From Arcobacteraceae bacterium (lineage in GTDB: Bacteria; Campylobacterota; Campylobacteria; Campylobacterales; Arcobacteraceae): a stretch of 64,000 nt of DNA. The stretch is taken from assembly GCA_965224485.1 (NCBI GenBank), contig CBDCZH010000015.1, positions 32,001 through 96,000 on the forward strand, in the 5' to 3' direction. Below are positions 12,234 through 24,490 of this stretch, piece after piece. A program made the position numbers and the translations under genes. The notes below the pieces were generated by a model. The model saw only the letters and a program-made list of their open reading frames with translations, did not search any database and was not told the DNA's origin. Numbering within the stretch: the stretch's first letter is position 1; each line of letters opens with the position of its first letter.

Positions 12234-13348
12234 TTAGTAGTTTTGAGAATTTTCTCATTTGTAATAATTCTTTTTGAACAGAAATATTAATTGATTCATT
12301 TGCATCATAATTTAAAGAATAATTTTTTTCCATCATAATCAACAGAATTTAAAATAATTTTAATAGCTTCTATTCTTGCCTTATGTTTATTATCACTTCG
12401 CACAACATACCAAGGTGCACTTCTTGAATTTGTACGTCTAAGCATTTCATATTTTTTCTCAGAAAACTCACCCCATAAATCTTGCGCTTGCATATCTACT
12501 TCTGAAAACTTCCAATGTCTTAAAGGATCATTTATTCTTCTATCAAATCTAGCTTTTTGCTCTTCTTTTGAAACAGAAAAATAAAGTTTAATAAGCATCA
12601 TTCCTTGTCTTACTAAATCTTGCTCAAAATTAACAACATCTTCCATAAATATTTCATATTCTTCTTTTGTGCAAAAGCCAAAAATAGGCTCTACCATAGC
12701 TCTATTATACCAAGACCTATCAAATAAAACTATTTCTCCACCTGTTGGAAAGTGCTGTATATATCTCTGGAAGAACCATTGATTTTTTTGTGTATCTGTT
12801 GGTTTACCAAGTGCAACTATACGGTAATGCTTATTATTCATATATCTAGTAATTCGTCTAATAGCCCCACCTTTTCCAGAAGCATCTCGACCTTCAAATA
12901 AGATTATCATTCTTTTATTTTCAGCTTCTAAATAGTTTTGCAGTTTAATTAACTCTATTTGATATTTTTTTAGCTCTTCTAAATCATATATTTTTTGAAT
13001 ACCAGCTTGTAAAACATGAGAATCTAGTTTTTTATAATCTCCTATTAAAGATTTTAAAAACTCATTTTCTTCTTTTAAAAACTCTAGGGCTGAATTTTCC
13101 ACTAAGATTTTTTCACTAGGATTTATTTTAACTTCTTTAGCTTTAATAACCGAATCTTTAAAACTTTGAAGTAAAGTAACAGCTCCTTTTTTAGTAAGTT
13201 TATCTTTTTTTGTATAACCTAAAACTTTTACATATCTTTTTTTATCATATTGAAATCTGGCAATATATTTTTTTCCAAAACTTATATGTGTAGCTTTTGA
13301 AATATATAAACCAGCAAAATTTGTTCTATCAAAATCACTTAAATTCAT
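12234..13348 (-). CDS. ppk2: Polyphosphate kinase 2 with N-terminal extension; C-terminal apparent frameshifts
   Basis: FEGRDASGKGG, FDRSWYNR, DPLRHWKFSEVD; corrected end ..ISVQKELLQMRNSQNY*. Confidence 0.92.
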
Positions 13349-13352
13349 TTAT

Positions 13353-14272
13353 CTATACCTTTGCAAATTTATTTTCTTGTTCCATTATTTCAATCTCTTT
13401 AGCACCTGAAACAACAATATTTTTATTTATACTTAAATTTTTATTTTTATTTTCAAAATTAACATTACTTAGAATATGTTTTATACAAACTTAGTCTTGC
13501 TTGTTTTTTTATCATCACTTCTAATTACTATCCAAGGTGAATAATCTGTATGAGAAGACATAAGCATGGAAAATTTAGCAATAGTATATTTATCCCAATA
13601 TTTTTGAGACTCTTTATCCACAGGTGAGAGTTTAAAATGTTTTAAAGGATCTATTTCTCTTTTTTTAAATCTTCTTGCCTGCTCTTTTTTCGAAACAGAA
13701 AAGTAAAATTTAAATAAAACTATTCCTGATTTTACAAGCATTTGCTCAAACTCAGGAACTTCTTTTAAAAACTCATGGTGTTCTGCTTTTGTACAAAACT
13801 GCATAACAGGTTCAACCCCAGCTCTGTTATACCAAGACCTATCAAAAAGTACTATTTCACCTGAACTTGGTAGATGTTGTACATATCTTTGAAAATACCA
13901 CTGTGATTTTTCAACATCACTTGGTTTCTCCAAAGCAACAACTCTAGCCCCTCTTGGATTAAGATGCTCAGTAATTCTTTTTATAGTTCCACCCTTACCA
14001 GCAGCATCTCTACCTTCAAAAATCATAAGTAGTTTTAAACCATTTTCTTTTACATGGTTTTGAAGTTTTAATAACTCTATTTGTAAAGTTTTTAACTCTT
14101 GTTCATAAAGTAATGTCTCTTTCTTAACCCAAATTTGGACTTTTTTGATTTTACCTTTTTTACTTTTTGAAGGTTTTGAATCACTTGCTTCTTCTTTCTT
14201 ATTTAAAACATAAGAATCTAAATTTTCCATATCTTTTAGTTCATCAACAATAATTCCAGAAGTTTTTCCCAT
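13353..14272 (-). CDS. ppk2: Polyphosphate kinase 2, second copy; apparent frameshifts at ~13490-13510
   Basis: FEGRDAAGKGG, LNPRG, FDRSWYNRAGVE, DPLKHFKLSPVD. Confidence 0.92.
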
Positions 14273-14280
14273 TAAATATC

Positions 14281-15419
14281 CTATGATAATCTTAATTTAT
14301 ACGAATGGTAACCAAACTCGTTTACAATTTGGTAACAATCGTTTTTACGTATGACAAGAGCTGGTAAATTAATACCATTAAAGGTTGTGGTTTTAACCAT
14401 AGTATAGTGAATCATATCTTCAAGTATAATTTTATCACCTACTTTTAACGCTTCTTTAAAAGAATAATCTCCTATAATATCCCCTGCTAAACAGGTGTTT
14501 CCAGCAAGTTTGTAAGTAAATTCTTGAATATTTTCATCTTTAGCACCTCTTATTTCTGCCTTATAAGGCATTGCTAAAGTGTCTGGCATATGAGCTTCTG
14601 CTGAAGTATCTAAAATGGCTATTTGCATTCCATTATTTACTATATCTAAAACAGTACTTACTAAATAACCAGTTTTTCCAAGCAATTGCTTCTCCTGGTT
14701 CTAAATATATTTTTAAATGTGGGTATCTTTTTTTAAACTCTTTTAATAAAAGTATTAAAGCTTTTACATCATAATTACTTCTTGTAATATGGTGTCCACC
14801 TCCAAAATTAATCCATTTTAAGTTTTTAAAATATTCAGAAAAGTTTAACTCAAATTTTTCTAAAACTTTTTTAAAATCATCAACATTTTGCTCACATAAA
14901 GCATGAAAGTGTAAACCTTCAATTCCTTCTAAGTTATTATCATCAAAATTATCTTTTGTAATTCCTAGGCGTGAATTTAAAGAACAAGGATCATATAAAG
15001 CAATATTGACAGTTGAACATTGGGGATTTATTCGTAAACCACAAGAAGTTTTTTTTAAAGCTTTACTTTTGTATTTATTCCATTGAGTAAAAGAGTTAAA
15101 AACTACATGATTTGAGATTTCTAATATTTTATCAATTTCATCATCTTTAAAAGCAGGAGAGTAAGTATGTACCTCACCTCCAAACTCTTCATAAGCAAGC
15201 ATTGCTTCATTTAATCCAGAAGCGCAACATCCTTTTAAATACTGTTTACATAAAGAAAAACTTTCATAAAAAGCAAAACCTTTTAATGCAAGTAAGATAC
15301 TTACATCAGCTTCATCTTGAATTTTTTTTTAAAAGCTCAAGGTTTTTTTTCAGTAAATCTTCTTCTAGTACAAAACATGGGCTTGGTAAATCTTTAAACT
15401 TTTTTACAATTTTATTCAT
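14281..15419 (-). CDS. nspC: Carboxynorspermidine/carboxyspermidine decarboxylase, split by several apparent frameshifts
   Basis: Fragments [68 protein letters not shown]. Confidence 0.9.
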
Positions 15420-15576
15420 TATATATTTCAAAATCCTCTTTACTTACTCCACATATAGGACATTCCCAATCAGCTGGAATATCTTCAAATGCAGTTCCAG
15501 GAGATATATTACTATCCTCATCTCCAAGTTTGGGGTCATAAATATAATCACAGGCTGTACAAATATACTTTTGCAT
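15412..15576 (-). CDS. Rubredoxin, 54 aa (missed by ORF track)
   Basis: [54 protein letters not shown]; two CxxC; AGGAG RBS. Confidence 0.95.
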   Translation of the reverse strand: MQKYICTACDYIYDPKLGDEDSNISPGTAFEDIPADWECPICGVSKEDFEIYNE

Positions 15577-15706
15577 AATAAACTCCTAATACTTAAATTT
15601 AATATATATAATAATTATTTTATATATTTAAATACCCATTATTGTTAAAAATTAAAAGCTAAAATAATTTTTTAATCTTTAGCTTTTTGATTTTTGATTT
15701 TTGAAT

Positions 15707-16910
15707 TTATACATCTAGTTCAAGAATTTTCCAAGGAAGTCCTTGCGCACTTAACTCATCCATAAAATCTTTTTGCATTAAATTCTTCTATATTAAAAAC
15801 TCCCTTATTTTTCCAAATTCCTTTATATAAAAGTTTTGAACCAATCATAGCTGGAACTCCTGTTGTATATGAAACACCTTGAGCTCCTGTTTCTTTATAA
15901 CACTCTTGATGGTCACAAATATTATAAATATATACTTTTTTACGAACTCCGTCTTTAAGTCCTTCAATAATACAACCAATATTTGTTTTACCATGTGTTC
16001 TCTCTCCTAGAGATGCAGGATCTGGTAAAAGAAGTGGATAAAAACTCAATTGGCGTAATTTTAACTCCCTTATGTTCAACTTCTTTAATTCCTAACATTC
16101 CTACATTTTGTAAACAATTCATATGAGTAATATAAGAATTTCCAAAAGTCATAAAAAAATCTAATTCTCTTTATTCCTTTAATATTTTTACTTAAAGACT
16201 CTAACTCTTCATGATAAAGCAAGTAAGATGGTCTTACTCCAATTTCAGGATAATCATGCTGTATTTTTATTTCCAAAGGTTTAGTTTCAATCCACTTCTC
16301 TTCTTCCCAATATCTACCATTTGAGCTTACTTCTCTTAAATTAATCTCAGGATTAAAGTTTGTTGCAAAAGCATAACCATGGTCTCCATCATTACAATCC
16401 ATAATATCAATATATTCAATACTGTCAAATAAATTTTGTTGGGCGTAAGCACAAAATACACCTGTAACTCCAGGGTCAAAACCAGAACCTAATAAAGCCA
16501 TTATATTTGCATCTTTAAACTCTTGGTTTTTAGCCCATTGTTCTTTGTATTCAAACTTAGCAATATCTGGATGTTCATAATTTGCTGTATCAACATAATC
16601 AACACCTGTTTGTATACAAGCATCCATTATTGTGAGATCTTGATATGGTAAAGCTACATTTAAAACAAGTTTAGGATTTATTTCTTTTATTAATTTTATT
16701 AAAGATTTTGTATCATCGGCATCAACACAAGCTATATGTTATATCTACATTTTGATTGTTTTTTATCTCATCTCGTATTTTTTCGCACTTAGAAATAGTT
16801 CTTGATGCAAGAGTTATTTCTTCAAAAGTATCAATGTTCATAGCACATTTTACAGAAGCAACGCGACTTACACCACCAGCTCCAATTATTAAAATACCTT
16901 TTTTATTCAT
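15707..16910 (-). CDS. Carboxynorspermidine/carboxyspermidine dehydrogenase (saccharopine dehydrogenase family), split by apparent frameshifts
   Basis: IIGAGGV, DTANYE, GSGFDPGVT, FATNFNPEINLRE, LYHEELESL, VSYTTGVPA, QGLPW; upstream of nspC. Confidence 0.9.
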
Positions 16911-17062
16911 ATCTGTCTCCTAAAATTATTATAAAATTATTAATATAGTTGTAATATATACATCTATTATAACATTACTTAGTATATAAATTATTGAATT
17001 TATTATTAAACCCAATAAAACGAAAGCTTTAAAGTAGTATAATAAGCAAAATAGGAGAAAGA

Positions 17063-19525
17063 ATGAAATCGTTAAGTATAAAAAGTAAAATATTATTAAT
17101 TAGTATTATTGCCTTATTAATTATGTCAATATCAGTTGGAACAATTTCTTATATTGAAGCCAAATCAGCTTTAGTAAAAAAGAGTTATTCAAGTTTAACA
17201 GCAGCAAGAGATAGCAAAGCGGAGCAGTTAAATAATTTCTTTAAGTCATCAATTATTGATATTTCTGTTTTAGCTCATAGTCAAAATGTTGAATCTTTAG
17301 CTTTAGCATTAAATGGTTTAGATGAGCAATTAGGAATAGATTCAAAAGGTAGTTTCCCCGTTAAAAATGAACTTGTAATAAGTACAACTGCTCCTCATGA
17401 AGAGTATTTTCAAGAATACATGAAAGAGTATGATTATTATGATATTTTTATTATTGATGCAATAGATGGCCATGTTATTTATTCAGCAGCAAAAGAATCA
17501 GATTATGGATCAAATTTAAAATATGGTGCACTAAAAGATTCAAGCTTAGGTAATGTATGGAGACAAACCTTAGAAAATAAAAAACCTACCTTAGTTGATA
17601 TGAAACCTTATGCTCCAAGTAATAATGCTCCTGCAATGTTTTTAGGAACACCTATTGTAATTGATGGGGAAATAAACTCTATTTTAGTATTTCAAATTTC
17701 TGATAGAGATATTAATAAAATAATGCAGTTTAGAAAAGGATATGGACCTTCGCAAGAAGATTATTTAGTTGGAAGTGATTATAAAATGAGAAGTGATAGT
17801 TTTTTAGCTCCTAAAACACACTCTTTATTGGCTTCTTTTTCTAATCCTTTAAAAGGAAGTGTAAAAACACAAGCTAGTAAAAATGCACTTAAAGGAATTA
17901 TTAAAACTGAAATAATTCTTGATTATAATAATAGTTTAGTTTTATCTTCATATACTCTTTTAAATATAAACAATAATTTAAAATGGGCAGTTATTTCAGA
18001 AATAGCTGAAGAAGAAGTTTTAATAGCTCCACATAATTTAAGAAATCATATTATTGAATTATCTTTAGTTTTATTATTAATCTTAGGATTTGTTACTTAT
18101 ATGATTATTATAAAAGCAATAATTAAACCAATTAATTCTTTTCAAAAAGGTTTAGATATTTTCTTTAAATACTTAAACAAAGAGAGTTCAACAGTAGAGT
18201 TATTAGATGATAAAAATGATGATGAACTTGGGATTATGGCAAAAGAAGTAAATAAAAATATAAAACTTGTTCAACAAAATATAAAAATTGATGAAGAGTT
18301 AATAGCTGATGCTCAAGTTGTAATGAATAGAGTTAAAAAAGGTTGGTATAGCCAGCTAATAGAAAAATCTTCTTCAAACACAGATTTAGAGAATTTTAAA
18401 AATGATGTTAATGAGATGATTACAGCAACTAAAGAGAACTTTATTAAAATGAATAATATTCTAAGCTTATATTCAAACTATGATTATACGCAAGAGCTTA
18501 AAGTAGAAGGAATTGAAAAAGATGGTGTTTTTGAAGCTTTAGTAATTGGAATTAATCAATTACGAGAAGCTGTAACACAAATGTTAGTTGAGAATAAAAC
18601 AAATGGTGTAAACTTACAAGGCAGTGCAAATAATCTACTTACAAATGTTGATGTATTAAATACTTCTTCAAATCAAGCTGCAGCATCCTTAGAAGAAACA
18701 GCAGCAGCCCTAGAAGAAATAACATCTACTATTGTTAATAATACAAACTCAATTTCACAAATGTCAAAATATGCAACTAGCTTAAATAAGGCAACCCAAG
18801 AAGGTCAAGACTTAGCTAATAATACAATGAAATCAATGGATGATATTAATGATCAAGTAAATGAAATTAATGATTCGATTTCTGTAATTGATCAGATTGC
18901 TTTTCAAACAAATATACTTTCTTTAAATGCAGCAGTTGAAGCAGCAACAGCGGGTGAAGCTGGAAAAGGTTTCGCAGTAGTTGCGCAAGAAGTAAGAAAT
19001 CTTGCAAGTAGATCAGCAGAAGCAGCAAAAGAAATTAAAAATATTGTTGAAAATGCTAGTTCAAAAGCAAGTGAAGGTAAAAATATTGCAAATAATATGA
19101 TTGAAGGGTATTCATCATTAAATGAAAATATTAGAAAAACAATTGAATTAATTAAAGATGTTGAAACTTCTTCAAAAGAGCAACAAGCTGGAATTGAGCA
19201 AATTAATGATGCAATTACAAATCAAGATCAGCAAACACAGCAAATAGCACAAGCCGCTAGTCAAACTCACGATATTGCAGTAAGTACTTCTGATATTGCT
19301 CATGAGATTGTATTAAAAGCTGATGAAAAGAAATTTATTGGTAAAGATAATATAAAAGTAGCTAATGCAACTTCTCCAACAAATACCAGACCAAGCACTA
19401 AAAGAAAAGAACCAAGTAGTGTTTCTACAACAAGCTCTGTATCACAAGTAAGAAAAGCAGAAACAAGCACCAAGACTTCTTCATATCAAGATACAAGTTC
19501 ACATGATGAATGGGAAAGCTTTTAA
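17063..19525 (+). CDS. Methyl-accepting chemotaxis protein with Cache-type sensor domain
   Basis: Two TM helices, [47 protein letters not shown]-terminal EWESF pentapeptide. Confidence 0.96.
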   Translation: MKSLSIKSKILLISIIALLIMSISVGTISYIEAKSALVKKSYSSLTAARDSKAEQLNNFFKSSIIDISVLAHSQNVESLALALNGLDEQLGIDSKGSFPVKNELVISTTAPHEEYFQEYMKEYDYYDIFIIDAIDGHVIYSAAKESDYGSNLKYGALKDSSLGNVWRQTLENKKPTLVDMKPYAPSNNAPAMFLGTPIVIDGEINSILVFQISDRDINKIMQFRKGYGPSQEDYLVGSDYKMRSDSFLAPKTHSLLASFSNPLKGSVKTQASKNALKGIIKTEIILDYNNSLVLSSYTLLNINNNLKWAVISEIAEEEVLIAPHNLRNHIIELSLVLLLILGFVTYMIIIKAIIKPINSFQKGLDIFFKYLNKESSTVELLDDKNDDELGIMAKEVNKNIKLVQQNIKIDEELIADAQVVMNRVKKGWYSQLIEKSSSNTDLENFKNDVNEMITATKENFIKMNNILSLYSNYDYTQELKVEGIEKDGVFEALVIGINQLREAVTQMLVENKTNGVNLQGSANNLLTNVDVLNTSSNQAAASLEETAAALEEITSTIVNNTNSISQMSKYATSLNKATQEGQDLANNTMKSMDDINDQVNEINDSISVIDQIAFQTNILSLNAAVEAATAGEAGKGFAVVAQEVRNLASRSAEAAKEIKNIVENASSKASEGKNIANNMIEGYSSLNENIRKTIELIKDVETSSKEQQAGIEQINDAITNQDQQTQQIAQAASQTHDIAVSTSDIAHEIVLKADEKKFIGKDNIKVANATSPTNTRPSTKRKEPSSVSTTSSVSQVRKAETSTKTSSYQDTSSHDEWESF

Positions 19526-19584
19526 GCTTTTTCATTCAACAGAAAACTTTTAGTTCTTTTTAGCTAAACTCTTTTTTTAGTAAC

Positions 19585-19974
19585 GGGGGTGAACTGGCTT
19601 CGACTGGAGCCATGAGGATCAGTTGCAAGTAGGTTTGAGTCGCCTTAATAAGCTCATTTTTTTAAACGCAAATAATACAAATTATTCTCCAGCTTACGCA
19701 GCAGCGTAAGTTTAACCTATAGACTCCCCTTAATTGGGTTGAGACTTTTGGAGGCTTGCTCAGCAGATTCTATCTACGCTGAATAAAGCAAGCTCACCCT
19801 AGATAGATTATCTTTTGAAGTTTGATCTACTTTTAAAGAGACATTTTTGATCTTAGCTTTTGAGTTGCCTTGCGGATTGTGCTGCTAAAAAGCGAAATTT
19901 TACAATCCCACTAAACTTGTAGACGCTGGTAGTAATGGTTTTAGGACTGGGTTTCGATACCCACACCTCCACCA
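19585..19974 (+). ncRNA. ssrA: tmRNA
   Basis: 5' GGGGGTG..TTCGAC, 3' CACCTCCACCA with G3-U pair; tag frame 19668-19709 ANNTNYSPAYAAA*. Confidence 0.96.
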
Positions 19975-20183
19975 ATATAATTATAAAGAAAAATAAGATG
20001 ATTTATTTTTCTTAGATAAATTCTAAATTTCAATTCTTACTTTCATAAAAATATCAATACCTTAATTAAATAACTACTTCCTAAATTTTATAAAAAATTA
20101 TGAATTTGATTTTTATTACATTTTTTACTTTTATAATGTAGTAAGAATATTTCTACATTTTATAAAACAACTAAGGATTTGAC

Positions 20184-21009
20184 ATGATATATAAAAAACT
20201 TTTTTTTCCAATAGGTGGAGGAGAAGAGTTAGAAGAGAGACTATATGGTGCTTTTTTTAATAGCTAAACATTTTGACCTTACATTAGAAGTTTTACAATC
20301 AAGACTAAAATCTAATATAAGAATGACTGATGAAATGAGATTGCCAAAAGAGATACAAAAATCAATTGATGAAGTATTAGAAGCTCAGTACAAAGAACAA
20401 GACGAAGAGTTTAAAAACTTAATTTCTAAAGTTATTAGTGAAGTAGGTCTAAATAAGAACTTAGTTGATTTAAAAATAAAAGAAGGTATAAGAAGTAGCT
20501 TAGTTGAGAAACACTCAAAGTATTGTGATTTAGTAATAGCAGCAGCACCTCCTTCAGGAATTACAACAGCAACTTTTGAAACAGCTGTTTTAAAAAGTGG
20601 AAAACCTGTATTAATGTTTCCTAGAATTATGAGAAAATTTTCACACGATTCCATAATAATTGGATGGAATAATTCACCAGAAGTTTCTAAAGCTTTAACT
20701 TCTTCATTGGAAATTTTAAAAGAAGCAAAAAGAGTAAAAATAGTTTCATCTAATGAATATATTCAAGATAAAAGTGAACTAGAAGAAATAGTAAAGTATC
20801 TAGCTTTACACAATATAAAAGCTAGTTATGAAATAGTAAAAACAACAAGAGTTCCAGGACAAGGACTTCTAAATGCAGCAATAGATGGAGATTTTGATTT
20901 AATAATAGCAGGAGCTTTTGGACATAAGGGTTTAAAAGAACTTATGTTTGGTGGAACTACTAGATACTTACTTGAAAATTCAAGTATTCCTGTATTTTTA
21001 TCACACTAA
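20184..21009 (+). CDS. Universal stress protein (tandem Usp domains), extra T at 20252-20258
   Basis: MIYKKLFFPIGGGEELEERLYGA joins the 20245 ORF; SGKPVL, DLIIAGAFGH..FGGTTRYLL..PVFLSH. Confidence 0.88.
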
Positions 21010-21026
21010 AAAATTGCCCTATTTGT

Positions 21027-21284
21027 TTAAATAAATGGGGCAGTTTTAATAAGTTCAAGTTTTTTTAAACGTGTAAACTTTTTTATTTCATATTCTCTTT
21101 TTGAGGCAGTACTTCTATTATCTGAACTCTCTTTATATAAAAGTTTTACAGGTCGTCTAGCTTTAGTATATTTTGCGCCCTTAAAGCTATTATTATGCTC
21201 ATCTAAGCGTTTATTCATATCTTTAGTAATTCCTGTATACAAACTCTTATCACTACACTCTAAGATATAAATAAAATATGACAT
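21027..21284 (-). CDS. GIY-YIG nuclease family protein (UPF0213)
   Basis: YIL.C.D.SLYTGIT...RL.EHN...GAKYTKARRP..A.KRE..IK. Confidence 0.93.
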   Translation of the reverse strand: MSYFIYILECSDKSLYTGITKDMNKRLDEHNNSFKGAKYTKARRPVKLLYKESSDNRSTASKREYEIKKFTRLKKLELIKTAPFI

Positions 21285-22343
21285 TAAGACTCCATAATAT
21301 TTATAAAAGAAGAACCAAGTTTTATTAACTCTTCATTTTTACTAAGGTTTATCTCTTTTATAAACTTATCAAATAAAGTTTTATGATTAGTAGAAAAGTT
21401 TTTTATAAAACATGAGAAATCTTTTTTAGGAAAAAAGTATTTCTTTTTTAGACTCTTCTAAATACTTCTTAAAAAACTCTATAAGAGTTTTATAATCTTC
21501 TGTCTCATTAATTATATTATTTAAAATAAAAGATATATTTCTAAGAATATCTTTATCGTAAGTATTTAGTTCACCAAAAGAGAATAAACACATTTTAAAC
21601 CAAGGTTTAGTTATATCTTTGCTTTTATTTAATAATAATATTTTTGAAAGAGCATATTTTATTTCAACTCTCTTATCTGTAGAATATAATTCTAAAATAT
21701 TCTCAAAAATTTCATATTTTTCTTTTATTTTAGAAGCAGATGACAGTATAGTTTTATCTAAGTTTATACTATTTTTTTCTTTCAAATCATTAAATAAAAC
21801 TAATATCTCTTTTGCATTATTTAAAGATAAGTTTATAAGGCAAGAAAGTTCAACAGCACTTTGAAGAATGTAAATATTATCATTTTTAAATAGTTTTTTA
21901 AGTTCTTTATATTGATCTTTATTTTTATAAATGCTTAGAAATAAAATACTTATATGAGAAATCATAAACTCTTCTTTTTCATCAATCATTTTTTCATATA
22001 ACTTAAAAGAAAAAGAAGACGATACTTCAATAATATTTTGTGTGATACTAAGTGTTATATATTCATAATGCAAAGAAGATAAATACTTATATAAATCTAA
22101 TAAAGTTGTAATATTTAAAATAGAGCTAAAGGTTAGTTTATCAAGAACTAGTTGAAGTTTAAAAACTTCATAATCGTTTTTTAAAGCTTTGTTAGCCAAA
22201 AGAAATAAATCAAGTTCTTTCTCTTTTTTTACTAAAGTTAATATTTTTTGTAGATATTCATCATTTCCAATAGAGAGTAAAATATCAAAAAAAGCTTTTG
22301 GATTAGAAGTGTTTTGTAAAAGTTGGTTTTTAGTTTTAATCAT
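21284..22343 (-). CDS. Hypothetical alpha-helical protein, apparent frameshift at 21431-21436
   Basis: 305-aa ORF; removing one base extends it to a TAA overlapping the GIY-YIG ATG (TAATG). Confidence 0.65.
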
Positions 22344-22414
22344 AAAAGATTTTATCTAAAATTTATGATAATAAGTTCAAGTGATGATTTAATGCTACAT
22401 TTTTAATTTGAAGA

Positions 22415-22738
22415 TTAATTAGAATTTTGAGTATATTGTTTTAATATATCTTTTAATTCATCATCACTTATATTCTCTTTTTCACTTTTAGAATAAATCG
22501 AAATAAGTACTATTTTATCTTCTATTTCTTGATATATAATTATTCTGTACCCACCACTTTTTCCAGTTGGGATAGATGAGTTTTTAAATCTTTTTTTGTA
22601 TATATTAAAACCAAGATAAACACCTAAATCATTTTTTGATTCAAGTTCAGATACTAATTGTTTTAAATCAGATTTTAATAGTTTAAATTTTTTAGCCTCT
22701 TTTAAAAAATTATGACTATATTCAATCATCAAGCTCAT
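22415..22738 (-). CDS. Type II toxin, RelE/HigB-2 family
   Basis: IYKKRFKNSSIPTGKSGGYRIIIY..LISIYSKSEKENISD; overlaps upstream antitoxin. Confidence 0.88.
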   Translation of the reverse strand: MSLMIEYSHNFLKEAKKFKLLKSDLKQLVSELESKNDLGVYLGFNIYKKRFKNSSIPTGKSGGYRIIIYQEIEDKIVLISIYSKSEKENISDDELKDILKQYTQNSN

Positions 22739-23009
22739 TCCATAAATTATCTATTGATTTAGTTCTTCCATGTTTAATATCATCTAGTCCATTTTGAATT
22801 GAGATTAATATTTTTTTGGCTTCTACTTCTTTCAAAGCTTCTTTCATTTTTTCGTACTCATTTTTAGAAATTAGAACAGCTTCTACTTTATTGTTTTTAA
22901 GAACAGCAATTTTTTCAACACTAGAATCTTTTATCTGTTTTAAATAAGTGCCAAATTTTCTTGCTAAATCAGATGATGAGATTAATTCGTTTGTTGAATA
23001 AGTTATCAT
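22722..23009 (-). CDS. Type II antitoxin, Phd/YefM family
   Basis: ISSSDLARKFG.YL..IAVLKNNKVEAVLISKNEYE. Confidence 0.88.
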   Translation of the reverse strand: MITYSTNELISSSDLARKFGTYLKQIKDSSVEKIAVLKNNKVEAVLISKNEYEKMKEALKEVEAKKILISIQNGLDDIKHGRTKSIDNLWNELDD

Positions 23010-23021
23010 AATATTTCCCTT

Positions 23022-23050
23022 GTAATTTACCGTAATATATTACGTAATTA
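23022..23050. promoter_or_regulatory. Overlapping palindromes upstream of the Phd-RelE pair (likely autoregulatory operator)
   Basis: GTAATATATTAC (23032-23043) and ATTACGTAAT (23039-23048). Confidence 0.5.
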
Positions 23051-23079
23051 TAACAGAAGATATTAATTTATGCAAATCA

Positions 23080-23268
23080 TACGGAATAATCTTTTGTCTA
23101 CTTCGTAGATATAGTTTTGATACATATTTAGTAATACATTTTTATATTGGGCATTTTGATTATTTGCTCTTTTTCTGATTTTGAGGAAGCTAGAGTTTGA
23201 GGGTTTATTTAAGGTAAAAGAGAAGCATATCTGAGAGTATAGAAAGGTGAAGTAAGGGCAAGTTAGAA
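23080..23268 (+). repeat. Degenerate partial copy of the structured intergenic element
   Basis: Aligns to 25983-26170 (TTTGTCT..AGAT, TATTGGGCATTT, TGAGGAAGCTAGAGTTTGAG, GAAGCAT.TCTGAG). Confidence 0.85.
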
Positions 23269-23589
23269 TTGTAAGCTAAATTCATACAAAGAACTAAAGG
23301 TAAGATTTAAACATAACTATTTTGTTCTAAGTAAAGGCTGTCTCAAGAACTTAATTTCAGCATATATAAACTTGTTCATTCTTAAAACTATAATGTTTAC
23401 TTCTAATTGTATCAGTAGTTTCTTCGCATAATTATCTCCTATTTATCTAGTTTTAAGAATAAAGTGAATCCTAAAATTTAGGTATTTATTTTATTATAAA
23501 GAAAAGATAAAAAATATATTAATAAGTTATTGCAAGTGGAATAGGACTACAATTTTCTACTAAAAATTAATTACATATAAGGAGTTATC

Positions 23590-24077
23590 ATGTTAATTGA
23601 AATAATTGCACACACACCAACTTGGGTCTTCATATTATTTGGAGCATTACTATTTTTGGGATACTCTCAAACTAAAGATAGAGAACTTAAATTTGAAAAA
23701 ATTATTACTTTACCTTTAGCTATGATTTTATTATCAATATTTGGTATTACATCAGCTTTTGGAGTAATGCCAACGGCATTAATAATATGGCTTGTTGGAG
23801 TAAGTTTATCTTTAATTATAGGATTAAAATTATCATTTCCTAAAAATATTAAATATGATAATTTAAAAAAAGTTTTTTGTATTCCAGGTAGTTGGTTTCC
23901 TATGACTCTTATTCTAGGCATTTTTTTCTTAAATACTTTATTGGGGAGGTAGTTGCTATGCAATTACCAATTATACATCAAATTGGATTTATACTAAGTA
24001 TAAGTTTAGTATATGGATTAATATCTGGTATATTCTTATCTCGAAGTATTGTAATGTTAAAATCAAAGAATAAATAA
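23590..24077 (+). pseudogene. Membrane protein (DUF6622-like) split by a frameshift near 23920-23930
   Basis: HTPTWVF..LGYSQ..PGSWFP continues in another frame as FLKYFIG..YGLISGIFLSR. Confidence 0.6.
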
Positions 24078-24144
24078 CAAAACTTTTTAGAATAACAAGG
24101 GAATAAACTTAAATTACCTTGTTATTTAAATTAGGCATTATAGC
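24072..24144 (+). other. Degenerate attC-like site
   Basis: AAATAAC at the stop codon, hairpin AATAACAAGG/CCTTGTTATT, distal ATTATAG (one change from GTTATAG). Confidence 0.4.
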
Positions 24145-24200
24145 TCACAATAAATTCAACTAATACATAAAAAAATAAATATTTTAGATATAATTTTATT

Positions 24201-24490
24201 ATGAAATTTGAATGGGATAAAACAAAGAAAAAGTAAATATACAAAAGCATAATGTAACATTTGAACAAGCTTCATATGTATTTACCGATAAATTTGCTTT
24301 AAATAAATTTGATGATAAACACTCAGAGAATGAAGATAGATGGATATTATTAGGTAAATCATTAAATGAAACTTTATTACTTGTTGTACATACATTCAGA
24401 GATAAAGATGGTACGGAATTTGTAAGAATAATAAGTGCTAGAAAAGCAAGTAAAAAAGAAAAACAAACATATCAAAAAAGGTGTCCATAA
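24201..24490 (+). pseudogene. BrnT family toxin with 1-bp deletion after codon 7 (missed by ORF track)
   Basis: MKFEWDK/NKEKVNIQKHNVTFEQA..HSENEDRW..G..LLVVHT..RIISARKA. Confidence 0.85.

Noticed and set aside
15202..15648. 148-aa plus-strand ORF and other antisense ORFs (e.g. 1207-1701, 10467-10835, 11714-11992, 29597-29986, 34326-34661, 40275-40601)
   Set aside because: Shadow frames opposite well-supported genes.
6628..21440. Phase variation or programmed frameshifting
   Set aside because: Many short A/T runs, several per gene, mostly the same sign; Campylobacterota phase variation typically uses poly-G/C tracts.
21027..22343. Fusion of the helical protein to the GIY-YIG nuclease
   Set aside because: The corrected frame stops at a TAA overlapping the nuclease ATG; they are coupled but separate genes.
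23300..23440. Minus-strand ORF after an AGGAG RBS
   Set aside because: Stops after five codons and the alternative frame also has a stop; at most an unidentifiable remnant.
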